Part shown: positions 9,695 through 19,786 of the stretch, piece by piece
How positions within the stretch are numbered: position 1 is the stretch's first letter
Layout: every line of letters starts with the position of its first letter
NCBI GenBank assembly: GCA_963730095.1
Contig: CAVSQJ010000001.1
Span: forward strand, 689,599 to 753,598
Direction of reading: 5' to 3'
Length of the DNA stretch: 64,000 nt
Source of the DNA: an uncultured Acidobacteriota bacterium
GTDB taxonomy: Bacteria > Acidobacteriota > Vicinamibacteria > Vicinamibacterales > SCN-69-37
Position numbers and translations under genes: made by a program
The notes under the pieces: generated by a model
Database searches by the model: none
Told to the model about the DNA's origin: nothing
Seen by the model: the letters and a program-made list of their open reading frames with translations, nothing else

Positions 9695-12373
9695 CTAGTC
9701 CTGTCGAAGCGCGGTCAGCGGATCGACGGAGAGTGCGCGTCGCGCAGGCACGTAGGCTGCGAGGATGGCCATGACGGCGAGCGTGCCCGCCACGATGGCG
9801 CGCGTGGGCACGTCCGCGGCGCTGACGCCGATGAGCAGACTCTGCAGCAGGCGCCCGACCCCGGCGGCGCCCGCCAGTCCGAGCGCCACGCCGGCGACGA
9901 GCAGCAACGCGGCCTGACCCAGCACGAGCGCGAGCACGCGATGCCGTGGCGCGCCGAGCGCCACCCGCAAGCCGATCTCGCGCGTGCGTTGGGCGACGGC
10001 ATACGCGAGCACGCCATACAGCCCGATCGCCGCGAGCAGCAGCGCGATCACCCCGAGGATCGTTCCGAGCAGCGCGGCCGCGCGACGCGTGAACAGCGCG
10101 GCGTCCGTATATCCGGCCAGCGTGACGACCAGATCGGTCGGCACCGCGGGATTGAGCTCGCGCACTGCGCGCCGTACGTCCGGCAGGATCGAGGGCGCGT
10201 CGCCGGCGGTTCGGATGTGCGCGGCAAAGCCAGTGCTGGGCACGTAGTGCTGGCGCATCGGCACCCAGAAGTAGGGCGTGGCTGGCTCCGACACTTCCGC
10301 GACCTTGATGTCGCGCGCGACGCCGACGATCGTGATCGGCGCGCCCCACCCGGTGAAGCGCCGCCCGATCGGATCCGCGCCCGCGAAATACCTTGACGCG
10401 AACGTGTGATTGACGGTCGCGACGAGTGGCGCGCTGGCATCATCGCGCTCGGTGAAATCGCGACCGCCCAGGAGCGGGATTTTCATCGTGCCGAAGTACC
10501 CGGGCGAGACCATGTTGCGATAGATCTTCATGTTCTCGCCGGGCTGCGGGACGTACCCGTCGACGTCGAGCGTTTCCCACGAGCCCAGCGAGAATCCGAG
10601 CGGGACGTCCTCGGCGAAGCTCACGGTCTCGACGCCCGGCAGGAGGCGCAGGCGTTCGCCAAGGCGATCCTGGAAGGCGAGTCCGCCGTCGCGCTCGTAC
10701 CCGGACGATCCGAGATCGAATCCCACGAGCAGCACGCCCCGCGCGTCGAAGCCGGGATCGACGGCGCGCGCGTTCTGAAAGGTGCGCAGCAGCAAGCCGC
10801 AGCCGACGAGCGCCATCACCGCCAGCATCAGCTCGACGATGACGAAGCCGTTACGGAGCCAGCGCGCCCGCGGCCCAGGCGTCGACGCGCGCGAAGCCGT
10901 CAGGGCCTCCGCGACGCGCACGCGACGGGCCGCGAGCGCGGGCATCACGCCGAAGAGCAGGGCGACGAAGAGCGACAGACCGCCGGCGAACGCGAGCGCG
11001 GGCAGATCGATCCCGCCGATGAATGCGATTGGCAGCTCGCTTGCCGGCAGCAGGGCGATGAAGCCGCGTGAGGCCCATGCGGCCACGAGGACGCCGCCCG
11101 CACCGCCGAGCGCGGCCAAGAGCGCCGCCTCGACGAGCAATTGCCGCACGATCCGGCCGCGCGTCGCGCCCACCGCGAGCCGCACGGCCAGCTCGCGATC
11201 GCGACCGATCGCCTGCGCGAGCAACAGGCTCGAGAGGTTGGCGCTGACGATGATCAACACCGCCGCGCCGAGGCCGAGGAGCGCGACGAGCAACGGACCG
11301 AGATCGTGCTGCGCGCCGTACGGGGCGTCGACGAACGGCAGCGCCGCCGCGCGAACGTCAGCGTTGCTGTCGGGATGCTCGGCCGCGAGTTGACGGGCGA
11401 TGGACGCCACGTCCTCGTTGGCGAGCGCGACGTTCGTGCCCGGCCGCAAACGCCCGAGCATCTTGAGCGGACGACTCTCGCGATTCGACAGCCAGTCACC
11501 GCTCTGGCTGAGCGTCTGTTCCATCATCACGGGCACATACACGTCGAAGGCGAGGCCCGTGATCGTCCCGCGAAACGCGCGCGGCACGACGCCGACGACG
11601 GTAAGGTTGCGCCGATTGAGCCGAACCGTCGCGCCGATCGCGTCCGGCCGGCGCTGGAATTGCCGCTCCCAGAGTCCTTCGCTGATCACGGCGACCGGGA
11701 CGCCGCCCGGCCGTTCCTGCTGTTCGTCGGCGGAAAAGAAGCGTCCGGCCGCGGGCGCAAGACGCAGGACGTCGAAGTAGTTGCCCGAGACGAACAGCGC
11801 CCATACGCGCTCCGATCCATCGTCGGGCCCGAGGCGCAACGGCCTGTCGTTGAAGGCGAGCAGACCGTCGAAGGCGCGCGATCGATCGCGCACGTCGCGA
11901 TAGTCGAGCCAGGAAGAATCGATGTACGTGCCGGCCGGCGTGACGGACTCGACGGCGACGATGCGGCCCGCGGCCGGGACGCCGGGCAGCGGATTGAGCA
12001 GCACCTCGTTCATCCAGCCGAAGGCCGCGGTCGTCGCGCCGATGCCGAGGGCCAGCGACAGCGCGGCGACGGCCGACACGCCTGGATGGCGACGCAGTAC
12101 CCGAATGCCGTACCGCGCGTCCTGGGCGAGGGCATCGACGATCGGGAGGCCGCGACGATCGCGCACCGCCTCCTTCACGCTCTCGACGCCGCCGAATCTC
12201 ACGAGCGCGGCCCGTCGCGCGTCGTCCGGGGACATGCCGGCGTGCACGTTGTCGTCGATCTGGAGCTGCAGGTGGCTCTCGAGCTCCGCGGCGAGGTCCG
12301 CGTCGCGGTCGTGCGCACCGAGAGCGACCGAGACGCGTGCGATCCAGGCGCGCAGCCGGCCGAGCGGAGTCAT
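9695..12373 (-). CDS. ADOP-type duplicated MacB/FtsX permease with helical prefix
   Basis: Start taken at MTPLGRLRAW, which forms an ATGA overlap with the PadR stop. Prefix is ELESHLQLQIDDNVHAGMSPDDARRAALVRFGG. Two FtsX blocks; ends SVDPLTALRQD. Confidence 0.9.
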   Translation of the reverse strand: MTPLGRLRAWIARVSVALGAHDRDADLAAELESHLQLQIDDNVHAGMSPDDARRAALVRFGGVESVKEAVRDRRGLPIVDALAQDARYGIRVLRRHPGVSAVAALSLALGIGATTAAFGWMNEVLLNPLPGVPAAGRIVAVESVTPAGTYIDSSWLDYRDVRDRSRAFDGLLAFNDRPLRLGPDDGSERVWALFVSGNYFDVLRLAPAAGRFFSADEQQERPGGVPVAVISEGLWERQFQRRPDAIGATVRLNRRNLTVVGVVPRAFRGTITGLAFDVYVPVMMEQTLSQSGDWLSNRESRPLKMLGRLRPGTNVALANEDVASIARQLAAEHPDSNADVRAAALPFVDAPYGAQHDLGPLLVALLGLGAAVLIIVSANLSSLLLAQAIGRDRELAVRLAVGATRGRIVRQLLVEAALLAALGGAGGVLVAAWASRGFIALLPASELPIAFIGGIDLPALAFAGGLSLFVALLFGVMPALAARRVRVAEALTASRASTPGPRARWLRNGFVIVELMLAVMALVGCGLLLRTFQNARAVDPGFDARGVLLVGFDLGSSGYERDGGLAFQDRLGERLRLLPGVETVSFAEDVPLGFSLGSWETLDVDGYVPQPGENMKIYRNMVSPGYFGTMKIPLLGGRDFTERDDASAPLVATVNHTFASRYFAGADPIGRRFTGWGAPITIVGVARDIKVAEVSEPATPYFWVPMRQHYVPSTGFAAHIRTAGDAPSILPDVRRAVRELNPAVPTDLVVTLAGYTDAALFTRRAAALLGTILGVIALLLAAIGLYGVLAYAVAQRTREIGLRVALGAPRHRVLALVLGQAALLLVAGVALGLAGAAGVGRLLQSLLIGVSAADVPTRAIVAGTLAVMAILAAYVPARRALSVDPLTALRQD

Positions 12374-12711
12374 GACTGCTCCGGCGCCAGGAACCGGGCG
12401 AGGATGTCGGTCGTCCGCGCCCACTCGCGCGCTTCCTTCTCGATCTGCTTGCGGCCCGCGCGGGTGAGCCGATAGAACTTCGCGCGCCGGTTGTTCTCGG
12501 ACACGCCCCAGGACGACGCGATGAACCCTTCCTGCTCGAGCTTGAGCAGGGCGGGGTAGAGCGTGCCGTAGTTGAGCGTGAGGCGGTTCCCGCTCGTCTG
12601 CTCGATCCGGCGCGCGATGCCGTACCCGTGCAGCGGGCCGAGCGCCTCGAGCGTCCTCAGCGCCATCAGGGCCAGCGTGCCCTGCCAGATGTCGGTCTTG
12701 TCCGTGTCCAT
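12370..12711 (-). CDS. PadR family transcriptional regulator
   Basis: From MDTDKTDIWQGTLALMALRTLE..HGYGIARRIE..GTLYPALLKLEQEGFIASSWGVSENNRRAKFYRLTRAGRK. Confidence 0.9.
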   Translation of the reverse strand: MDTDKTDIWQGTLALMALRTLEALGPLHGYGIARRIEQTSGNRLTLNYGTLYPALLKLEQEGFIASSWGVSENNRRAKFYRLTRAGRKQIEKEAREWARTTDILARFLAPEQS

Positions 12712-12721
12712 GCCCGCTGCT

Positions 12722-12740
12722 CCTATGGGATAACCATAGG
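12722..12740. promoter_or_regulatory. Candidate PadR operator: CCTATGGG-ATA-ACCATAGG
   Basis: 19-bp palindrome (7 of 8 arm positions pair), 11 nt upstream of the PadR start and overlapping its AGGAG RBS. The half-site resembles the one at 1208-1226 (CCYATSG). Confidence 0.4.
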
Positions 12741-12838
12741 CATCATGCCATGACACATATTGGAAGGCAATAGGGACCACGGACGCGGCGCAGGCGCCCC
12801 CCGCGCGTGGTACAGTCGACGACCGCGCTGCGGTCGGC

Positions 12839-14749
12839 ATGCCGAAGACCCGCCGCGGGCCGAAACGCCCGCCTGCCCTCGAGGATCGACGCGCGGCGCT
12901 GCCCGCGCGCTGGATGGCCGCGACGGTGCTCGCGCTCGGCCTGATCGCCTACGCGCCGGCGACCGGCGGACCGTTCGTCTTCGACGACTTCCCATCGATC
13001 GTCACCAACACGACCAGTCGCGATCTCGCGCGGCCGCTGACGGTTCTCTCGCCGCCGCGCGAATCGCCGATGGCCGGACGGCCAATCGTCAACGCGACGC
13101 TCGCCGTGAACTACGCCATCGGCGGCCTCGAGCCGCGCGGCTATCACGTCGTCAACATCGCGCTGCACCTCGCGTGTGCGCTGCTCATCTTCGCGCTCGT
13201 GCAGCGGGTGGCGGGCGAGGCGGTCGGCTTTGCGGCGGCCGCGATTTGGGTCGTGCATCCGCTCGGCACCGAAGCCGTGAACTATCTCACGCAGCGGACC
13301 GAGCTCGTGATGTCGCTGTGCTATCTGGCGACCGTCTATGCGAGTGCACGGGCCCTGGACGGACGAGCCGCGCTCGTGTGGCAGATCACGGCAGTGGCCG
13401 CCTGCGCCGTCGGGATGGCGTCGAAGGAATCGATGGTCACCGCGCCGCTGATGGTGGTGCTGTTCGATCGATGCATCGCGTTCGATTCGTTCGCCGCGGC
13501 GTTTCGCGCGCGCTGGCGGCTCTACGCCGGATTGGCAGCCACCTGGGTCGTGCTCGCCGCGCTGATGGCCGCGTCGCCGCGCACGCTCGCCGCGGGATTC
13601 GCCGGCGCGCACGTGACGCCGTGGGCGTACTTCCTCGATCAGACGCGAATCGTGAGCCGGTACCTGCGCCTCGCCCTCTGGCCAGACGCGCTCGTCATCA
13701 ACTACGGCTGGGCGACCGACGCGTCGCTCGCCGAGGTCTGGCCCTACGCGCTCGGCCTGTCGGCGCTCGCGATCGCGGCCGTCGTCGCCCTCGCGCGCTG
13801 GCCGCGGAGGGCCTTTCCCGCCGCCTGGTTCTTCATCCTGCTCGCACCGACGTCGTCAATCGTGCCGATCGCCGCGGAGGTGGGCGCCGAGCGGCGCATG
13901 TATCTCGCGCTCGCGGGGGTCGTCGTCCTCGGGGTCCTCGCGGTTCGCCAGCTCGTGAAGGCGCGGGGGGCGCAAGCCGTCCTGCTCGGCGCCGTCGTCG
14001 TTGCGCTCATGGGCGTCACGTGGCATCGCGACGCCGAGTACGGGTCGGCGCTGACGCTCGCGCAGACGACGCTCGCGCGGTGGCCGACGCCGACGGCGCA
14101 TCAGATGGTCGGGACGGAGCTCGCGAAGCTCGGCCGACACGACGAGGCCATCGCCGAGCTTCGCCTGGCCGCGCCGGGCTATCCGCCGGCGCGCTACAAC
14201 CTCGGCGCGGAGCTGCTGCAAACCGGCCGGCTCGACGCGGGCATCGCGGAGCTTCGAGCGGCGATCGAGGCCGAGCCCGCGCACCTCGCGCGCCGCGATG
14301 CCGAGGTGATGATTGGCCAGGCGCTCGCCGCCGAGGAGAAGTGGCCGGAGGTCGCGCGCCAGGCCGATCGGATTCTGGAGGCGGTGCCAGGCGATGTGGA
14401 CGCCCTTGGCTTGCGCGCGCTCGCGAGCTTCGAGCAGCAGAAGTTCGACGAAGCGGTGAGCGAGTACCGGGCGTACCTGAGCGCTCGGCCGAATGATGCC
14501 GGCGCGCTCGGCAACGCCGCGATCGCGCTGATGATGACCGGTCGGGGCGCCGACGCTGTCGCGACCTTCCGCCGCGTCGTCGATCTCGACGGCAGCAATC
14601 TGCAGGCGCGACTCAACCTGGCGCGCGCGCTCGCGGAGACGGGCGACATCGCCGGCGCGCGGCGCGAGATCGCGCGCGTGCTGCAGATCGATCCGAACAA
14701 CGCGGCGGCCCGTCAGGCCGAGCAGATGCTGGCCGGCCGCGGGAAGTGA
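12839..14749 (+). CDS. Polytopic membrane protein with C-terminal TPR array (TMTC-like architecture)
   Basis: N-terminal half is multi-TM (FVFDDFPSIVTN.., many hydrophobic segments). C-terminal half has about 6 TPR-like repeats (..AIAELRLAAPGYPPARYNLGAELLQTGRLDAGIAELRAAIEA..). Confidence 0.7.
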   Translation: MPKTRRGPKRPPALEDRRAALPARWMAATVLALGLIAYAPATGGPFVFDDFPSIVTNTTSRDLARPLTVLSPPRESPMAGRPIVNATLAVNYAIGGLEPRGYHVVNIALHLACALLIFALVQRVAGEAVGFAAAAIWVVHPLGTEAVNYLTQRTELVMSLCYLATVYASARALDGRAALVWQITAVAACAVGMASKESMVTAPLMVVLFDRCIAFDSFAAAFRARWRLYAGLAATWVVLAALMAASPRTLAAGFAGAHVTPWAYFLDQTRIVSRYLRLALWPDALVINYGWATDASLAEVWPYALGLSALAIAAVVALARWPRRAFPAAWFFILLAPTSSIVPIAAEVGAERRMYLALAGVVVLGVLAVRQLVKARGAQAVLLGAVVVALMGVTWHRDAEYGSALTLAQTTLARWPTPTAHQMVGTELAKLGRHDEAIAELRLAAPGYPPARYNLGAELLQTGRLDAGIAELRAAIEAEPAHLARRDAEVMIGQALAAEEKWPEVARQADRILEAVPGDVDALGLRALASFEQQKFDEAVSEYRAYLSARPNDAGALGNAAIALMMTGRGADAVATFRRVVDLDGSNLQARLNLARALAETGDIAGARREIARVLQIDPNNAAARQAEQMLAGRGK

Positions 14750-14752
14750 ACG

Positions 14753-15715
14753 TCAGGGACGTCGAGCGATCGCGGACTTCGCCGGCTGCGCTACGAAGGC
14801 GATCCACTTCGCATCCGGACTCACAGCCAGGCGCGTGATGCTTGTCAGGCCGTTCGTCGAGAGATCAGCGCGACGCGCCGCCACGCACGGGCACCCGTTG
14901 AAGATGGTGGGATGGAGCGTTCGCCATGATCGTCGTTCCCCACGCGACCAGAAACTGGCCGCGATCGACCGACGGATCCCACGCGTAGTCTTCGGCGGGT
15001 AGCCCCCGCGCTGCCTTCGGAGAGCGGCGCGATCGCCTCGGACGCGCGCGTCCCGGGATTGATTTCCGAGAGCGGCCACGGCTTCACGGATTTGTTCACG
15101 AACGTCACTCGCGGCGGCGACGTGCCCGGCCTCACGCCAAGACGATCGTCCGATGTTCGTCGCCACAATCTCCGCCTTGCCAGTCATCGTGTCGGCGATC
15201 TGGAGCGTCGCCGGTTGTCCTTGCGCGCCGAGCACGAACAGCGCGAGGTGCGTCGCGTCGATCCACGCGTGATAGCCGACCGGCTTGACGTTCTCGAGCA
15301 CGAGCCGCGGGTTCGAGCCGTCGAGATCGAATCGCCACAAACGCTGCGTGCCGTCGGCCTCGACGCGAACCACCGAGAACGTCTTGCCGTCCGGCGTCAC
15401 GAGCGGCGAGTACTCGCTCTCCGGCGTGTGCGTGAGTTGCGTCAGCGCTTTCGACGCGATGTCGTACCGGTAGATGTCGGTTTGTTTGCCGTCGCGCTTC
15501 GACGTGAACAACACCGCGCGGCTGTCGGACGTGAAGCTCGGCTGATTGTCGTACTCCGGGTCGTTGCTGATGTTGGTGACCGCCGAGATCGCGACCCCCT
15601 GTCCCGGCCACGATGCGAGGTACACCTCGCTGTCGATCGGCGGTTGTTGATGCGCGCCGGCAAGCGCGCCGACCGACGCGCTGCCGATCGCGAGCACGAT
15701 GGCGAGTGTTCGCAT
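14753..15715 (-). pseudogene. TolB/PD40-like beta-propeller protein with an internally out-of-frame segment (about 14880-15145)
   Basis: Signal peptide followed by NDPEYDNQPSFTSDSRAVLFTSKRDGKQTDIYRY..YSPLVTPDGK. The middle is Arg-rich nonsense, while alternative frames (ORF 14845..15168) read LGVRPGTSPPRVTFVNKSVKPWPLSEINPGTRASEAIAPLSEGS. The C-terminus ITRLAVSPDAKWIAFVAQ is back in frame. Confidence 0.7.
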
Positions 15716-15737
15716 GACGCGGAGCTTAGCGCAATCG

Positions 15738-18332
15738 CTACTCGCCGAGCACGCGGACGGGATCGAGCGTGAGGATGCGTCGGGCCGGTACCCAGGCGGC
15801 CGCCGCCGAGACCACGATCAGTGCGCCCGCGAGCATCCAGGCGGCCGGCCAGAACGCGATCGGCCGCGCGGCGAGCGCACTGACCACGTGCGGCTCGACC
15901 AGTCGCGCGATGCCCACGCCGATGACGATGCCCATGGCGCCGAGGCGGAGGAGGCGCCCGACCGTCTGGCGCAGCACGCCGCCGGCCGTCGCGCCGAGCG
16001 CCAGCCGCACGCCCATGTCGCGCCGCTCGCGCGCGACGACGAACGCGACGAGCGCGTAGACGCCGCACAGCGCGAGGGCGCCGCCGGCCGCACCGAACGC
16101 CGCGGTCACGACCGCCGCGTGCCGCCGTTGCGACAACGACGTCTGCTTGAGGTCCTCCATCGTTCGCAGCTCGAGCACCGGCAGCGTCGCGTCCACGTCG
16201 TGCATCCCCGCGCGCACCGCGCCTGCCGTCGTCTCGATGTGTGGCGTGCGGATCCACATGTACAGGTCTTCCGTCGACGCGGCGTCCGGATACTGCCGGT
16301 ACGGCAAGTACCACGTTTCCGTGTAGTCGCCGCTGTCCTCCACGGCCGGAACGACGCCGACGACGCGCATCCACGGGAACGGCGAGTCGGTGGCGCCGCG
16401 CTTCACGCGCGTCCCCACGGCATCGCCACCGTGGAAATAGCGCCGCGCGAACCGCTCGTCGATCACGACGACGGGCTCGCTGCCCGCGACGTCGTGCCCG
16501 TCGAACACGCGGCCGGCGAGCGTCCGCAGCGCGAGCGCCGAGAAGTACATCGGCGTCACGAGGCGCCAGTTCACGACGCTCGCCGTCTGCGTTGTCGTCG
16601 GCTGACCCTCGACCGACATCTGCGATCCCCAGTCACCGCAGCAGAGCGGGTTCACGGTGCTCATGCCGACGCCACCCGGGCCGGCGATCGGCGCGAGGCG
16701 GTCGATGATGCGATCCACGATCGAAAGGTGCGCGGCCGCGGTCCGTCGACTCGGTGTGCCGAGCTCGACGTGCCACGTGAGCAGATCGTCAGTCTCGAAG
16801 CCGACGTCGCGGTTTTCGAGCTGCCGCAACCCCGCGCCGACCGTCACGGCCGTCGAGATCAAGAGCGCCGCGAGCGCCAGCTCGGCGACGACCAGCGATC
16901 CAAGCGCACGCCGGCCGGAGACCGACGATCCCGCGCGCGCCGTCGCGCGAAGCGCCTCGGTCAGATCGGTGCCCGGCGCGCGCCACGCCGAGAGCGCGCC
17001 GACGAGGACGCCGCAGACGATCGCGAGGGCCGCCGTCATGCCGACGACTCGCCAATCAAGTTCGAGCGAGCTCATCGTCGCCTGCTCGACGAGCACGTGG
17101 GGCGTCAGCACGATCAACGCGCGCTTCAGGAGCGATGCGATCACCAGGCCGAGCGCGCCGCCCGCGCCAAAGACGATCAACGCCTCGCCGATGAGGTGCC
17201 GCACTTGGCGTCCGCGCCCGCAGCCCAGCGCGGAGCGCACCGCCAGCTCGCGCTCGCGCGAGACGATGCGCGTGATGAAGAGCATCGTGACGTTGCTCGC
17301 GACGATGAGCAGGAGGATCGCGACGGCCCACGACAGCATCAGCACGACGCGGCCTTCGTCACCAAGCAGCACGTCTCGAATGTGGCGCACGCCTGGACCA
17401 TTGCCGTGCATCACGAGCGGGTAGTCGCGGACGAGCGCCGGACCCCGCGCGACGAGCCGGGCGTGCGCGTCCTCGAACGACACGCCGGACGCGAGGCGAC
17501 CGGCGAGAAACAGCCCGCGCTGCTCGACCGGCACGCGCGTCGGCCACCACGCGTCCTCGTCGTACGGGAAGCGATAGCCCGGGGGAAGGACGCCGACGAT
17601 CGTCCGGACGCCGCCGTCGAACGAGAGCGTCGCGCCAAGCACGTCGTCGTGACCGCCGTAGCGTTCGTGCCAGAGTCGATCGCTGATGAGCGCGACGCCC
17701 GCACCATCGCCCCGGGCCTCTTCCTCGGCGGTGAACAACCGTCCGAAGGCCGGCTGCAGGCCAAGCGCTTCGGTCCAGCCGGCGGTCACCGCGCCTGCCG
17801 CGATGCGTTCGGCGTCGCCTTGTCCGACGATGGCGGTCCACACCGGATTGAGGGCGGCCGCCACGGAGAACGCGCCGCTGTCTTTCATCGCTTGAAGCGA
17901 CGCGCCGCTGCCGTCGACCCAGCGAATCGCGCCGTCGGGCGCGCGCGAATATTCCTGCACGCGGACGAGCCGATCGGCGTCGGCGAACGGGAGCGCGCGG
18001 AGGAACGTCGCATTCGCGACGCTGAACACCGCGCTGTTGGCGCCCAGCCCGAGGGCCACGATGCCGACCGTACCGGCAGCGAACGCCGGGGCGCGGCGCA
18101 AGCGGCGGAGCGCGTCGCCCAAGTCGAACGCGATCTCGCGGAGCAGCGTGCGCAGGCGATCGCGGCGGCGATGCGACGTCGCCAGCGAGACGAGCTCGCG
18201 CTCGAGGCCGGGCGGCGGCTGGGCCGCGCGGCCGTCGCGGGCGCGCATGTCGGCGTTGAATGCCAGCTCGGCCCGGACCTGCGCACGGGCATCGTCGTCA
18301 TCGGCGCCAGGACGGCGCGTCACGGGAGTCAT
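15738..18332 (-). CDS. ADOP-type duplicated MacB/FtsX permease
   Basis: Start at MTPVTRRPG, forming an ATGA overlap with the PadR stop at 18329-18331. Two FtsX blocks; ends LDPVRVLGE. Confidence 0.9.
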   Translation of the reverse strand: MTPVTRRPGADDDDARAQVRAELAFNADMRARDGRAAQPPPGLERELVSLATSHRRRDRLRTLLREIAFDLGDALRRLRRAPAFAAGTVGIVALGLGANSAVFSVANATFLRALPFADADRLVRVQEYSRAPDGAIRWVDGSGASLQAMKDSGAFSVAAALNPVWTAIVGQGDAERIAAGAVTAGWTEALGLQPAFGRLFTAEEEARGDGAGVALISDRLWHERYGGHDDVLGATLSFDGGVRTIVGVLPPGYRFPYDEDAWWPTRVPVEQRGLFLAGRLASGVSFEDAHARLVARGPALVRDYPLVMHGNGPGVRHIRDVLLGDEGRVVLMLSWAVAILLLIVASNVTMLFITRIVSRERELAVRSALGCGRGRQVRHLIGEALIVFGAGGALGLVIASLLKRALIVLTPHVLVEQATMSSLELDWRVVGMTAALAIVCGVLVGALSAWRAPGTDLTEALRATARAGSSVSGRRALGSLVVAELALAALLISTAVTVGAGLRQLENRDVGFETDDLLTWHVELGTPSRRTAAAHLSIVDRIIDRLAPIAGPGGVGMSTVNPLCCGDWGSQMSVEGQPTTTQTASVVNWRLVTPMYFSALALRTLAGRVFDGHDVAGSEPVVVIDERFARRYFHGGDAVGTRVKRGATDSPFPWMRVVGVVPAVEDSGDYTETWYLPYRQYPDAASTEDLYMWIRTPHIETTAGAVRAGMHDVDATLPVLELRTMEDLKQTSLSQRRHAAVVTAAFGAAGGALALCGVYALVAFVVARERRDMGVRLALGATAGGVLRQTVGRLLRLGAMGIVIGVGIARLVEPHVVSALAARPIAFWPAAWMLAGALIVVSAAAAWVPARRILTLDPVRVLGE

Positions 18333-18685
18333 CGGCTGGTCCCCGAAAGCAGGCGCGTGACCGCGCGGGCGAACACGGTCCAATCGCGCGTGCGCCTGGC
18401 GAGCGCGGCCCGGCCGCGCGGCGTCAGCGCGTAGAACCGCGCGCGCCGGTTCGCCTCGCTGCGTCCCCACGATCCCTGAATCAGGCCGCGGCGCTCGAGC
18501 CGGTAGAGCGCCGGATAGAGCGATCCGTCCTCGATCCGGCCGGCGTCGCCGAGCGCCTGCTCGATCTTCCGGCCGATGCCGTAGCCGTGGTCGCTCGACT
18601 CGGCGAGCACGCGCAGCACCATCGCCTCGAGCGTGCCGCGAAGCAGCTCGCCGCGCTCGTCGGCTTCTCCAGAGCGTCTAGCCAT
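18329..18685 (-). CDS. PadR family transcriptional regulator
   Basis: From MARRSGEADERGELLRGTLEAMVLRVL..HGYGIGRKIE..GSLYPALYRLERRGLIQGSWGRSEANRRARFYALTPRGR. Start M13 of the ORF was chosen by alignment to the paralogs. Confidence 0.85.
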   Translation of the reverse strand: MARRSGEADERGELLRGTLEAMVLRVLAESSDHGYGIGRKIEQALGDAGRIEDGSLYPALYRLERRGLIQGSWGRSEANRRARFYALTPRGRAALARRTRDWTVFARAVTRLLSGTSR

Positions 18686-18751
18686 CGACCCCAAGATACT
18701 CTGGGGAGACGGCCGGTGCAAGCGCGCCAGGCACGGCCGGCCGGCGCGGCG

Positions 18752-19786
18752 TCAGGACGCCGCCTGGGCCCCGCTCAGCGCCATGCCCTCGCGCGCGTAG
18801 CGCGCGTGCAGGCGCTTGACGAACTCGTGCCGCACGAGGTCCTGGTCGGTGAACTCCCGCGCGCGCATGAACACGCTGAATCGCACGCGCGCGTCGGCCA
18901 TCGTCCGGAACCGGATCGCCGGCTCGAACTCCGGGACGCCGCCCGGGACGCGCCGCATCACGTCGCGCGCGACGTCGAGCGTCACCGCTTCGAGCCGCTC
19001 GAGGTCCCGCGAGGAGTCCACGCCCACGTCGACCGCGACGTCCACGTCACTCGAGGCCGGCCGATGGTTCGCCACGACGGTGACGATCGCCTGCGACAGC
19101 TTGGCGTTGGGCACGATGATGATGCTGCCCGACATCATCTGGATGCGCGTCGCGCGCCAGTTGACGTCCACGATGTACCCCTCGACGCCCGAGTCGAGCT
19201 TGACGAAATCGCCGATGCGGATCTGGCCCGCCGCCGAGAGGAACACCCCGGCGAAGAGATTCGAGAGCGGCTCCTGCAGCGCAAGCGCGACCGCGAGGCC
19301 GCCGACGCCGAGCGCGGTCAGCATCGGCGTGATCGACACGCCCAGGCCGTTCAGAATCACGAGCGCGCCGAGCACGAGGATGACGAGCCGCGTCAGATTC
19401 TGCGTGAGCGCGGCGACGGGCACGCCGGGCGAATGCGGCCCATAGGTCGCGACGAGCCTGACGCCGATGCTCGCCAGGGCCAGCGTCGCCAGCAGCGCGC
19501 CCAACGCGAAGATCGCGCCCGACGCGAACGCCTTGATGCCAGGATCGAGCGGCCAGTACGCGAGCGAAAGCCACGCGCCGCCGAGAAACGCCAGCCACGG
19601 CACCCGCCCCTTGAGCTCGACGGCGACGTCATCCCAGTGGCCGCGCATATGGCCCGCGAGCCGGCTGAGACGGCCAATGATGAGGCTGTTGACGACGCGG
19701 CCCGCGAGGTACGCGATGGCGAGCGTCGCCACGGTCTCGACCGTGTGCGTCGCCCATTCCGGCCATTGCTGAAGATTCAGTGACAT
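18752..19786 (-). CDS. MscS-family mechanosensitive channel
   Basis: From MSLNLQQWPEW (GGAGGGAG RBS). TM helices are followed by PLSNLFAGVFLSAAGQIRIGDFVKL..GYIVDVNWRATRIQ..IIIVPNAKL. Confidence 0.85.
   Translation of the reverse strand: MSLNLQQWPEWATHTVETVATLAIAYLAGRVVNSLIIGRLSRLAGHMRGHWDDVAVELKGRVPWLAFLGGAWLSLAYWPLDPGIKAFASGAIFALGALLATLALASIGVRLVATYGPHSPGVPVAALTQNLTRLVILVLGALVILNGLGVSITPMLTALGVGGLAVALALQEPLSNLFAGVFLSAAGQIRIGDFVKLDSGVEGYIVDVNWRATRIQMMSGSIIIVPNAKLSQAIVTVVANHRPASSDVDVAVDVGVDSSRDLERLEAVTLDVARDVMRRVPGGVPEFEPAIRFRTMADARVRFSVFMRAREFTDQDLVRHEFVKRLHARYAREGMALSGAQAAS

Noticed and set aside
12355-12425. An apparent 1-nt inconsistency between my base-by-base reading of the printed lines around 12360-12421 and the ORF track (CCGGC/CCGGCC and CGCCCC/CGCCC).
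   Set aside because: Three independent track ORFs in different frames agree with each other across this interval, so I attribute it to my own transcription or counting error. Base-level coordinates given here should be read as +/-1-2 nt.
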